Shown here: positions 36,647-45,159 of the stretch, in pieces
Layout of the letters: each line of letters begins with the position of its first letter
Numbering within the stretch: the stretch's first letter is position 1
Source: Candidatus Woesearchaeota archaeon
GTDB taxonomy: Archaea > Nanobdellota > Nanobdellia > Pacearchaeales > GW2011-AR1
Direction: 5' to 3'
Length of the DNA: 58,967 nt
Assembly: GCA_964574775.1 (NCBI GenBank)
Contig: CAZNOS010000001.1
Location: 1-58,967 of the forward strand
Notes under the pieces: generated by a model
What the model saw: the letters and a program-made list of their open reading frames with translations, nothing else
Told to the model about the DNA's origin: nothing
Databases searched by the model: none
Position numbers and translations under genes: made by a program

Positions 36647-38472
36647 TGTTCTAACCCCACGGATAAAACCGAATCTTCAAACTTAATATAGTTTTCATTT
36701 ATATCTTCAATTTTTTGCGGCAAAGAAAAGATAGGAACATTAATTGCTATCGTTCCACCTTGACTTAGAGAATAATCGTCGAAAAATTCAACCGACTTTC
36801 CACCACCATTTAAAACTTGATCTATAGTCTGAGAAGGCATTTCAGTTGTAAAACATTTTGTTTCTACTTCGCCAGTAAGTGCACCAAACCCAGTCGCTGG
36901 AACTTCAAAACATCTGCTTTCAGTTCTTGCTGGGAAAGTTAAACTAGAATTTCTAAAAACCTGTACACTGACATTATAGACGCCCTCTACCAACTCTATC
37001 TTTCTCTCTGCAGGATACATAACACTTCTTGAAAAATCATCAGAAGTAAACTGAACGATTGCATTTCCAGAAACACTTCCTAAATTAAGACCCAGAGTAT
37101 AAACTTTTTTAACCAAAACATCCGCAGAGCTTTCTTGGCTTGAAGAAACGACATATCTACCAGAAGAATAATTTTCCGCTCTCGCCTCTATATATCCATT
37201 GATACAAACCGGAATTTTAGTTTGCAATGGACCAGATTTTGTTTCGCCCAAATAACATCTTTCTCCAAGACAACTATAACTCAGAGTTGCAGCAACTGGA
37301 TTTCCATTCAAATCAGAAACACCGATTTTCATATCATGATTTCTATTCTTACAAATTACCTCTTCCTCGCCAACGAATTCACCAATATTAGTAGAATTCC
37401 TAACTTGGTTTCTTTCAATCATAACAATAACTGGAAATTGAAAAAACTCCTCATCGTCATGAACCTGTATCAAAACTGGAAACATAAGATCATAAATAAG
37501 TTGATATTCAACGAAACAAAAACCAAGCGCATTCATTCCGGGCTGCAAACCAACTGGTTCGACAACATCGTCGCCATATATCTCAATTTTTGTAGGCCAA
37601 TCAGAAAAGTAAACAAAATCCACGCTCTCATCTGTCTTCATATCATCAACTACAAAATAATCATCCGAATTCAAATAGTAATCTCCGCTAATTTTTACAA
37701 ATTGAATATTTTCCACTAAAGCATCAGAAATGTTTTGTCTAATATTAGCAAAATTGAAAACCTTTGGAACACAACCCTCTTCAAATCCAACCGTCGGTGC
37801 ATTCAAGGTTAAAGTATCAAGCGCATAATTATCTAAAAATTTAACTCTTGATTGTGTGTCATATATTCCCTGGGCCAAATCATAAAATTTACCAATCTTA
37901 GAAGCAACAGAAATTTTGTGTTCGCTCACAACAGCGCTAGTATTGTCTTCAGAAAAGAAATAAACATTATTGTCTAAAACCACCTCTACGGAATTATCCT
38001 TAATCTCGACCTCTACATTACCAGAATCTACGTCGATAAAAATGCCGTCATCATTAAAATTTTTAAAATTACAATCTCTCATTGACTCAGAAATAAATCT
38101 TTCTAATTCAGAAACCATCTGTGATTTTGTCGGGATCTGTTCCTTTACTACATTATTTCCAGAAACATAAAACCAATAAGGAACACCAGCACCGCCGAAA
38201 TCTAACTGAGAAGAAGATGGCGCATAAATACTACCGGATTCAAATGGTAGCTCTTCCGTGTATATATAACCACCCTGCTCTCCCAATAATTTGATTCCAG
38301 ATTTTACTCTTTCAGTGATACAGGATTTATATGCATCTTCTGCGGATTGAAAATTTTTAGAAACTGTTCCAGTAAAACCACCCCTAAAAACATAATATAA
38401 AACTATTCCAGCAACCAAAATTATACCTAACACAATAAAGATAGTTACCTGTCCTTTTTTACTAATCACCAT
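36643..38472 (-). CDS. Prepilin-like (class III signal-like) 609-aa protein, translationally coupled to the giant protein
   Basis: N-terminus MVISKKGQVTIFIVLGIILVAGIVLYYVF. Its stop overlaps the start of 31364..36646 (36643-36646). Confidence 0.75.
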   Translation of the reverse strand: MVISKKGQVTIFIVLGIILVAGIVLYYVFRGGFTGTVSKNFQSAEDAYKSCITERVKSGIKLLGEQGGYIYTEELPFESGSIYAPSSSQLDFGGAGVPYWFYVSGNNVVKEQIPTKSQMVSELERFISESMRDCNFKNFNDDGIFIDVDSGNVEVEIKDNSVEVVLDNNVYFFSEDNTSAVVSEHKISVASKIGKFYDLAQGIYDTQSRVKFLDNYALDTLTLNAPTVGFEEGCVPKVFNFANIRQNISDALVENIQFVKISGDYYLNSDDYFVVDDMKTDESVDFVYFSDWPTKIEIYGDDVVEPVGLQPGMNALGFCFVEYQLIYDLMFPVLIQVHDDEEFFQFPVIVMIERNQVRNSTNIGEFVGEEEVICKNRNHDMKIGVSDLNGNPVAATLSYSCLGERCYLGETKSGPLQTKIPVCINGYIEARAENYSSGRYVVSSSQESSADVLVKKVYTLGLNLGSVSGNAIVQFTSDDFSRSVMYPAERKIELVEGVYNVSVQVFRNSSLTFPARTESRCFEVPATGFGALTGEVETKCFTTEMPSQTIDQVLNGGGKSVEFFDDYSLSQGGTIAINVPIFSLPQKIEDINENYIKFEDSVLSVGLEQ

Positions 38473-38521
38473 TAGTAATTTAAGAAAAACTTCCTATATA
38501 AATATATTTGTAGCGATATAA

Positions 38522-38547
38522 AATGATCCCACGAGGAATTAAACCTC
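38522..38547 (-). other. Ghost copy of the tRNA-Val T-arm/3' acceptor end (25/26 identical)
   Basis: Plus strand aatgatcccacgaggaattAaacctc versus tRNA aatgatcccacgaggaattGaacctc (38589-38614). No matching 5' half lies adjacent. Confidence 0.7.
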
Positions 38548-38590
38548 TCGCCGTTAAGCGACGCAGAAACAGATAATGCGAGGTTCCGAA

Positions 38591-38661
38591 TGATCCCACG
38601 AGGAATTGAACCTCGGCCTGCTCCACGTCAAAGAGCCGTACTACCGTTAGACAATGGGATC
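38591..38661 (-). tRNA. tRNA-Val (GAC)
   Basis: Manual fold of the minus strand: GATCCCA TT GTCT AACGGTA GTAC G GCTCT TTGACGT GGAGC AGGC CGAGG TTCAATT CCTCG TGGGATC A. The D-stem has one C-T mismatch. Confidence 0.75.
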
Positions 38662-38725
38662 TTATATTTCTCAGCTAAAAGCTGAATTTAAATCTAACCA
38701 TTGACTATGCCGAAGCATTTTTAGG

Positions 38726-38736
38726 CAATGGGATCT
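38726..38736 (-). other. Ghost copy of the tRNA-Val 5' end (11/11)
   Basis: Plus strand caatgggatct is identical to 38652-38662. It lies 64 nt upstream of the intact tRNA on the coding strand and is followed by an ATGC-TTCG-GCAT hairpin. Confidence 0.55.
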
Positions 38737-38767
38737 ATAAAACAACTACGATTTATATTTTAAAAAC

Positions 38768-39034
38768 CTACCTCTTTCCGCCCTTCACCTGCCCCCAATG
38801 CTCACGTAGATAACTAAATTTCAAAGATTTTTTGTCCATCTTTGCCAAAATAAGCAGATCATTAAAAAGATCTTCCGGTAGCGTTCTATTCTCGTTATAG
38901 TAGCTCTTGAGAGTCTCATAATTAATCTTTAGACCAAACTGTATCAGCGCCCTTAAAGAAGGCGAATTGGAATTAGAAATAACTTGATCTAAAAACTTTC
39001 TCTGTTGTCCGATGCGAAATTTAATCCTAACCAT
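38768..39034 (-). CDS. Small hypothetical protein, possible HTH
   Basis: 88-aa ORF MVRIKFRIGQQRKFLDQVISNSNSPSLRALIQFGLKINYETLKSYY... No family recognised. Confidence 0.5.
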   Translation of the reverse strand: MVRIKFRIGQQRKFLDQVISNSNSPSLRALIQFGLKINYETLKSYYNENRTLPEDLFNDLLILAKMDKKSLKFSYLREHWGQVKGGKR

Positions 39035-39121
39035 GTATTTTTACAAATTTACGAAGTAAATTTGGCTATTTTAATTCGGCGCAAGCCGAAATGCCAACGC
39101 GTCACTGCGCAACCATAACTA

Positions 39122-39137
39122 CCCCAAACTTTATAAA
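39122..39137 (+). promoter_or_regulatory. BRE/TATA-like promoter of rpl44e (ccccaaac-TTTATAAA)
   Basis: TATA ends 22 nt upstream of the ATG at 39160. Confidence 0.5.
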
Positions 39138-39159
39138 CCCTCCTGGTAACTCTCATATT

Positions 39160-39471
39160 ATGAAATTCCCAAAAAAGACAAATAGATTTTGTCCGCATTG
39201 TAATAAAGTTACAGAACAAAAAATAAAGATAGTTAGTTCTGGAACCAAAAGAGGCGCCTTAAAACGAGGCGGTATCGCAAGAGCAAAACTTAGAGGAAAA
39301 GGTAGAGGAATAGGTAATAAGGGTAAGTGGGGATCTAAACCAGCTGTTTCTAAATTTAAAATGAAAACTAAAACAACTAAAAAAGCAAAAATCCTTTATA
39401 CGTGTTCTGTTTGCAATAAAGGCAAAGACAGAAAAGCAGGAATAAGGGCAAGTAAGGTGTTACAAGAATAA
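39160..39471 (+). CDS. rpl44e: 50S ribosomal protein L44e (eL42)
   Basis: MKFPKKTNRFCPHCNKVTEQKIK...TKKAKILYTCSVCNKGK forms a CxxC...CxxC zinc ribbon. Start moved to the ATG at 39160. Confidence 0.85.
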   Translation: MKFPKKTNRFCPHCNKVTEQKIKIVSSGTKRGALKRGGIARAKLRGKGRGIGNKGKWGSKPAVSKFKMKTKTTKKAKILYTCSVCNKGKDRKAGIRASKVLQE

Positions 39472-40187
39472 TGGCAGTAAAAAAGAAATTTATTAATGTT
39501 GAAATTCCAATTATAAATGAATCCATGCCTGTTTTAGGCGATGCTGAAAATCTAGTCGGCCGAACAATCAAACTCGATCTTTCAAGAAAACTTAAGGGAA
39601 GAGGACTAGAAGTTGTGTTCCAAATCATGAATAAAGATGGCAAACTTGTTGCGCATCCAAAAAATTTAACACTAATGAGAAGCTATGTTCAAAGAATGAT
39701 GAGAAAAAGAGTAAATTACGTCGAAGATTCATTTATCGGTTCATGTAAGGACATCACAATAACAATCAAGCCGTTCTTAATAACTAGAAAAAAAGTTTCT
39801 AGAGCGATAAGAAATAACTTAAGAAAAACAGCAAAAGAATTTGTATTAGAATACGTCAAAACAAAAACATACATGGAACTTGCAGAAGAAATTATTTTTG
39901 GAGAAATGCAAAAACAAATGTATCCAAGATTAAAAAAAGTTTATCCACTTTCACTTTGTGAAATAAGAATTCTAGAAACAAAAGAACTTGCTAAAGCAGA
40001 CTTAACGGTCAAAATCCAAGAAACTCCTAAAGAAGAAGCTGTCGAACTAACGCAAGCTGAAGAAATAGAAGCAGAGCAAAAGAAAAAGGCAGAAGAAGCA
40101 AAAGAAAAGTCTGAAGAAATTAAAGAAGAAAAAACAGAAGACAAAAAAGAAAAGAAATCGAAAAAGAAACCCGAAGAAAAGGAGTAA
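39471..40187 (+). CDS. rps3ae: 30S ribosomal protein S3Ae (eS1) with K/E-rich C-terminal extension
   Basis: KKKFINVEIPIINE...AENLVGRTIKLDLSRKL...YVQRMMRKR...VYPLSLCEIRILE follows the S3Ae pattern. Confidence 0.75.
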   Translation: MAVKKKFINVEIPIINESMPVLGDAENLVGRTIKLDLSRKLKGRGLEVVFQIMNKDGKLVAHPKNLTLMRSYVQRMMRKRVNYVEDSFIGSCKDITITIKPFLITRKKVSRAIRNNLRKTAKEFVLEYVKTKTYMELAEEIIFGEMQKQMYPRLKKVYPLSLCEIRILETKELAKADLTVKIQETPKEEAVELTQAEEIEAEQKKKAEEAKEKSEEIKEEKTEDKKEKKSKKKPEEKE

Positions 40188-40189
40188 AT

Positions 40190-40726
40190 ATGACAATACA
40201 ATCGTGCTTAGTTTTAATTAAACCGGACGGACTTGTTAAATCTTTAACTGGAAATATAATCACCACTCTTTCTGAAACAAAATTAAAAATAATCGGAGCA
40301 AAAATCGTATCCGTAAAAAGAGAGCTCGCAGAAGCACACTATTCTAATTTAAAAGAACAGCAAATAAAAAAGAAAGGCGTCGAAAAAGGAACACAAATTT
40401 TTGAAAACACCATGAGATATATTATGGGAGAATTTCACACAAACCGAGTTTTTGCACTCGTTTATCACGGAGAAGATGCTATATCAAAAATAAGAACACT
40501 TATCGGACCAACAAATCCAGAAGAAGCAGATCCATGTTCAATTAGAGGAAAATATGGAAGAATAAATTCCAAAACGCAAGTTTTAGAAACTGTAGTTCAC
40601 GCATCCGAATCCGAACAAGACGCGAAAAGAGAAATTCAACTTTGGTTCCAAGCAGAAGACCTAACAGAAAATATTTATCCAACAAAAACAGAAAATATTA
40701 AGATTGATAAAATTTCTTGGGCATAA
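40190..40726 (+). CDS. ndk: Nucleoside diphosphate kinase
   Basis: LVLIKPDGLVKSL, GPTNPEEADPCSIRGKYG and VHASESEQDAKREIQLWF. Confidence 0.88.
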   Translation: MTIQSCLVLIKPDGLVKSLTGNIITTLSETKLKIIGAKIVSVKRELAEAHYSNLKEQQIKKKGVEKGTQIFENTMRYIMGEFHTNRVFALVYHGEDAISKIRTLIGPTNPEEADPCSIRGKYGRINSKTQVLETVVHASESEQDAKREIQLWFQAEDLTENIYPTKTENIKIDKISWA

Positions 40727-40747
40727 TCTTCTTTAATATCAGTGCTA

Positions 40748-41170
40748 CTAAATAGCAGCCGATGCCACCGCAGATATTTTTTTTACTCTCTTCGCCATAA
40801 GCTTCTCTAGAGATCTATTGTTCAATACAACCGTTGTTCTAACAACACCACTATTATCAACCATCACTAAAACGTCCTTATAATCTCTTTTTTCTCCTGG
40901 TTTTCTTACATGTATAATTCTCTGTCCGATTCCACCGCCATCAGGATTAACATCGGCTATGCCTCTCTTAAGGAAACATTTTACCACATGACCATTACGA
41001 TCGCTAGGTTGAATCTCGTATTCTTCATCTGGATTAGCTATCACATAATTAACTATAGTCGGAACAAGATGCCTCTCTCTCATTCTACCTTCAGCATGCT
41101 GTGTATATTCCCTCCCACTAATTGTTATACTATCCACGCCTTTCATTCCATTATCATCAATTATTGCCAT
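40748..41170 (-). CDS. Hypothetical protein with DUF4258-like (toxin-fold) N-terminal motif
   Basis: ITISGREYTQHAEGRMRERHLVPTIVNYVIANPD resembles the DUF4258 pattern T.HA..RM.ER.I....V..VI.NPD. Start set at the ATG at 41170. Confidence 0.45.
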   Translation of the reverse strand: MAIIDDNGMKGVDSITISGREYTQHAEGRMRERHLVPTIVNYVIANPDEEYEIQPSDRNGHVVKCFLKRGIADVNPDGGGIGQRIIHVRKPGEKRDYKDVLVMVDNSGVVRTTVVLNNRSLEKLMAKRVKKISAVASAAI

Positions 41171-41218
41171 AAAAAGAAACACGCAGACTTATTTAAAAAT
41201 ATTACTACAGATATAAAA

Positions 41219-41311
41219 AGCCTGCAGAGGGAGTCAAACCCCCGACCCCAAGTTTTTTTGAATTTTCTTGTTTATACAAAACTCGTGCTCTATCAACTGA
41301 GCTATGCAGGC
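41219..41311 (-). tRNA. tRNA-Thr (TGT) with a 20-nt intron after position 37
   Basis: Manual fold of the minus strand: GCCTGCA TA GCTC AGTTGATA GAGC A CGAGT TTTGTA [taaacaagaaaattcaaaaa] A ACTTG GGGTC GGGGG TTTGACT CCCTC TGCAGGC T. The intron is 41255-41274. Confidence 0.8.
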
Positions 41312-41360
41312 ATAAAAATACTAGAAAAAAATGCTTTTTAAAAGTTGTTATAATAGAAAA

Positions 41361-42182
41361 TTACAGCTCATCTGCAGTACTTCTTTCGTATTCTGATTCT
41401 CCACGCTCTTCTTTCTCCCTAGCTCTTCTCATAGATGCACTAGATGATGCCCCGACGCCGGTGACTGCCTCGGCTGCCCTTATTAATTTTTCCCTTGCCT
41501 CTATCTCATCTTCACGCCCCTTCTTCCTAGCGCTCTTTATTCTATACAACTTCAAAAGATCAACGGCCTTTTTAGAAAATCTAGAAAGCAAAATAAAAAC
41601 AACCGCCGCTACCGACCAAAGAAGTAGCTGTACATATGGATTCAAAACTAACTCTATCAGCGTAATCAACTTATTTGCCAAAAAAACTGAAGCACTCTGG
41701 AAAAGCTGAACTAATATAAAAACCACGAAAACCAACACATAAACTATAACATTAGTTGAACCAGAAAATAATTCCAAATCCCTAAGCGCCTGGTAAAAAG
41801 TATAAAAATATTTTATCAAAGTACACCATATGACAAAAACTAAAACAAATAACAACGAAAGCTGTGGAGTCATTCCTACTAAAAATTCAACAATCGGATC
41901 ACTATACGGCGAAACTTTTCTATACCCACCTATAACCTGTTTAAAAAAGGGTTTTGTCTCCAGCAATTTCCCCCACTCTTTCTTTAAATATTCCTTTCTC
42001 ACCTCATCCCTCGTTAAAAAATTCTCTGCATCTTGTATATCTTGTTCAGTTTGTTGAATACTACCCTCGATCTGATTTGCCTTATTTTCAATAGACGAAT
42101 CCACACTCGCATAAACAAAAGAAATAAATAATATTCCAAATAAGACTAAAGAAACAAAAACCAATCCTCTTTCTAACTTCAT
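41361..42182 (-). CDS. Polytopic membrane protein with charged C-terminal tail (paralog family member 1, divergent)
   Basis: Signal or anchor LVFVSLVLFGILFISFVYA. Shares the VEFLVG motif with the family. C-terminal tail KKGREDEIEAREKLIRAAE... Confidence 0.65.
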   Translation of the reverse strand: MKLERGLVFVSLVLFGILFISFVYASVDSSIENKANQIEGSIQQTEQDIQDAENFLTRDEVRKEYLKKEWGKLLETKPFFKQVIGGYRKVSPYSDPIVEFLVGMTPQLSLLFVLVFVIWCTLIKYFYTFYQALRDLELFSGSTNVIVYVLVFVVFILVQLFQSASVFLANKLITLIELVLNPYVQLLLWSVAAVVFILLSRFSKKAVDLLKLYRIKSARKKGREDEIEAREKLIRAAEAVTGVGASSSASMRRAREKEERGESEYERSTADEL

Positions 42183-42264
42183 AAAGAATACAAACAAAAA
42201 GGATTTATAATCCTAACGAAAAAGAAATATTTAAATACACAATCAAACTATTCATATAAAGAAC

Positions 42265-42546
42265 ATGGTGAATGCAATTTTAGGCTACGTCTTATCTGGA
42301 TTAGGTATAGTTAGCGTCGCACTTTCATCCGAAAAAACAAGGTCCATAATCCCAATTGATTTTATTGCAAATTTAAGCTCTAAAACTTTTGTTTCAATAG
42401 GCATCATCTTAGTTGCAGCGGGAATTGTTATAATGTTTTTATCTGGAAAACAATCTGGCAGCAACGTAAGACAATCTGCCGAGGAAGTTCCAATATATGA
42501 GGGCGAAGGTAAACATAGAAAGATAGTTGCTTACAGAAAAGGATAA
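42265..42546 (+). CDS. Small 2-TM membrane protein
   Basis: 93 aa with helices ILGYVLSGLGIVSVALS and FVSIGIILVAAGIVIMFL. Confidence 0.5.
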   Translation: MVNAILGYVLSGLGIVSVALSSEKTRSIIPIDFIANLSSKTFVSIGIILVAAGIVIMFLSGKQSGSNVRQSAEEVPIYEGEGKHRKIVAYRKG

Positions 42547-42573
42547 AAAAATAATTTTTATTTTTATATTAAA

Positions 42574-43347
42574 TTAATAAGTATGCTTAAACAGGGCTTT
42601 TTGCTGCTTCTTTAATTCTATCATCCTATTGTTATAATAATCCTGATCTATAACCTTATTTTGCAAATCAATCGCTAATTCATGCATTCTTCTCTTTATC
42701 GCAACCTCTGCATCCTGTAATGTACTTTTACCGGACGCCTTAACCTTATTCCACGCCATAGTCCGCGCAATCGTACCATCTAAAAGCAAGAATAACAGAG
42801 AAACCAACGCTGTCCAAATATAAACCTGGCCATAAAACTGATTCTCCGCAGTTGTATATAATCCCAAATAAACACAGCCGAATAATATCCATCCAATTTT
42901 TCTCACACCCGGGCTATTTGGCGCAATACCCATTAAGAAAAAGAAATAAATAACAAACGGCAAGAAGGCAGTCATTGCTATTCCAAAAACTTGATAAGAC
43001 ATTAAAATCGTATTCATCCACTCGAAATTAATATAACGGACGGAAAGTAACGGAACCACAAGGGACAACACAACTACCGCTGGTTTTTGATCCTTGAAAA
43101 ATGGCGCCTTAAATAGAGCAACGAATGTTATAGAAAATATAATTAAGAAAACTAAAAATCTTTCAAATAACAACTGACCCGTATAATCAAAGCCACCTAA
43201 AAAAAACTGTGCAAGTGGCTGAATAGATCTCGCTGCGTTATCGATAGAGTATCCCAAATCAAAATAAGCGAAAACTCCGCTCGATAAAAAAATTGAAGAA
43301 ACTAATAATAATCCAAAAAATAAAACCACCTTTTTAGTATCAACCAT
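42574..43347 (-). CDS. Polytopic membrane protein with coiled-coil tail (paralog family member 2)
   Basis: Family motifs QFFLGG, LLSVRYINFEW, LPFVIYFFF, VYIWTALVSLLFLLLDGTI. Confidence 0.7.
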   Translation of the reverse strand: MVDTKKVVLFFGLLLVSSIFLSSGVFAYFDLGYSIDNAARSIQPLAQFFLGGFDYTGQLLFERFLVFLIIFSITFVALFKAPFFKDQKPAVVVLSLVVPLLSVRYINFEWMNTILMSYQVFGIAMTAFLPFVIYFFFLMGIAPNSPGVRKIGWILFGCVYLGLYTTAENQFYGQVYIWTALVSLLFLLLDGTIARTMAWNKVKASGKSTLQDAEVAIKRRMHELAIDLQNKVIDQDYYNNRMIELKKQQKALFKHTY

Positions 43348-43381
43348 GTAAAATTAAGTTATTAGATATTTATAAAGATTA

Positions 43382-44314
43382 TCATGGAGCATCGATAATA
43401 GCTGACAACTCAGACATTCTCTTAGTTACCTTTGCATATTCTGCCGCATACCCTGCATATTCTGGTCTTCCAGCGGTCAATTCCATTTGCGCTTTAAGAT
43501 AATCAAATCTTATGTGTAACTTCTTCCACTCTGTCTGAGCCGCTTCTTTTTTATAATTTCTTTTCCTTTTTTCACCGCCAATTTTCTTTTTAGTTGCCTC
43601 AGCCGCTTTCTGACCAATTAAGACCATAAATAATGCAGCAAGAGCTGTCCACAAATAAATTTCATAATATGTGTCTCCTGCAGTTGCAGTTGCTATAGCA
43701 CCTGCCCCGACTGTTCTGCTATACCATAAATACAAAAAGATAAGACCAAAAAAGACCCAAGCAATCTTCTTTTGAGTTTCAGATGAAAATTTTTCAACTA
43801 AAAAATAATATAACACAAATGGTAATCCAGCGGAAATGGCAATCCCTAGAGTAGAATATGGTAACAAGATTGTAATCAACCACGCAGCACTTAAAAATCT
43901 AACAGACAACAACGAAATGGAAATGGAAATAACCCAAACGGTCCAAGAATGCTCCGAATTATTAAAAAACGGTATAGACTTAACGATAATAAAAACAATA
44001 CTAAACACAATTATTAAAATTAATAGAGCCATGGAAAAAAAATCATCCATTTTATTAGTGTCGCCCTTCACGTCGTAACCAACCAAATATTCTAAAACTG
44101 GCTGGATATAGTCACTAAAAGTTGTTTTAACAGAATCCTTAAGCGCGTTCCCAGTTATTACATTTCCAGTAACACCATCATATACAAAAAACAAAACAGC
44201 TAATAAAACGACAATACCCAATGCCCACCAAATCCAAGACGGAACAGACTGAGATTTTTTCTTCTGAAAACTAACTTTTTTATCCACCTTCTTCGCACTC
44301 TTCTTTTTTGGCAT
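43382..44314 (-). CDS. Polytopic membrane protein with coiled-coil tail (paralog family member 3)
   Basis: Family motifs LEYLVG, LLSVRFLSAAW, LPFVLYYFL, IYLWTALAALFMVLIG. Basic N-terminal extension. Confidence 0.7.
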   Translation of the reverse strand: MPKKKSAKKVDKKVSFQKKKSQSVPSWIWWALGIVVLLAVLFFVYDGVTGNVITGNALKDSVKTTFSDYIQPVLEYLVGYDVKGDTNKMDDFFSMALLILIIVFSIVFIIVKSIPFFNNSEHSWTVWVISISISLLSVRFLSAAWLITILLPYSTLGIAISAGLPFVLYYFLVEKFSSETQKKIAWVFFGLIFLYLWYSRTVGAGAIATATAGDTYYEIYLWTALAALFMVLIGQKAAEATKKKIGGEKRKRNYKKEAAQTEWKKLHIRFDYLKAQMELTAGRPEYAGYAAEYAKVTKRMSELSAIIDAP

Positions 44315-44413
44315 ACTGTACAGATAATATTTAGGTTTATAAATATTTCCCTACTTTCAAATTAATAAAACGCAAAAAGAAAGAAATAAAAGCACGAGAA
44401 CAATAATACAAAT

Positions 44414-44977
44414 ATGCAAAATAAAAAATTCATACTATCCATCTTATGCCTGCTTATTGTAAATATTTTTTCAGTATATGCGACATCTGAAAACACATCA
44501 GTTCAAACACTTCAGATTTTAGAGCAAAAAATTTCAAATCCAAATTTATCCATTCTAGGAATACATGAAGAAATTACCCTAAAAAATTTAATAGTCGTTG
44601 GATGTCTACTAATAATGGTTATAGCAATGCTCTATGACTTAATGAGCACCGCTGGTTTTATAAAAAATAATTTAATTAATTTATCAATCGCAATTATCAT
44701 ATCTTTAATTGGAACTTATGGCGGAGTTTTATATAATATAACAAAATACCTATCTTCGATATCAGACACGATATTTGCATCTTCTAAATCTGGCGCACTC
44801 GGATTAATTTTAGTTTTGGTGATAGCTATAACAATATTTATCGTACTAAAATTCTTTATGAAATTTATCAGAAAAGATATCGCCAAATCTAAAGAAGAAG
44901 AAAGAACGAATAAACTAGAAACACTGAGAAAACTCCAAGACATAGAGTATACTAGTAGACCTAAAAGATCACAATAA
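44414..44977 (+). CDS. Membrane protein with signal peptide and charged C-terminal tail
   Basis: Signal ILSILCLLIVNIFSVYA, three further helices and tail KDIAKSKEEERTNKLETLRKLQ. Similar architecture to the neighbouring family, but homology is not evident. Confidence 0.6.
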   Translation: MQNKKFILSILCLLIVNIFSVYATSENTSVQTLQILEQKISNPNLSILGIHEEITLKNLIVVGCLLIMVIAMLYDLMSTAGFIKNNLINLSIAIIISLIGTYGGVLYNITKYLSSISDTIFASSKSGALGLILVLVIAITIFIVLKFFMKFIRKDIAKSKEEERTNKLETLRKLQDIEYTSRPKRSQ

Positions 44978-45120
44978 TTAAAACACCTTATGAGAAAATC
45001 GACAAGCCAGAATAGCAATATTCACATCATCTCCCCTAAGCTCATCAACAATTTCATCAAATACGAATAAATAAAAACTAGTCTACAAAAAATAAAGCTT
45101 ACACATCTAAAAATCAATAA

Positions 45121-45156
45121 AATAAAAAAAGAAAAATCCCCAAAATAAAATGGGGA
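45121..45156 (-). terminator. Hairpin plus T-run terminator downstream of 45160..46002
   Basis: The minus strand reads TCCCCA-ttttattt-TGGGGA followed by tttttcttttttt. Confidence 0.5.
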
Positions 45157-45159
45157 AAA

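Noticed and set aside
39075-39090. TTCGGC-GCAA-GCCGAA hairpin (GNRA loop) in the divergent intergenic region upstream of rpl44e.
   Set aside because: It is an isolated 6-bp stem upstream of both promoters, with no further structure or conservation evidence available.
39091-39159. N-terminal extension of the L44e ORF (MPTRHCATITTPNF...).
   Set aside because: The extension covers the BRE/TATA block at 39122-39137. L44e homologues begin near MKFPKK.
40910-41341. 143-aa plus-strand ORF spanning the 40748 gene and tRNA-Thr.
   Set aside because: It runs antisense through a CDS and straight through a tRNA gene, so it is spurious.
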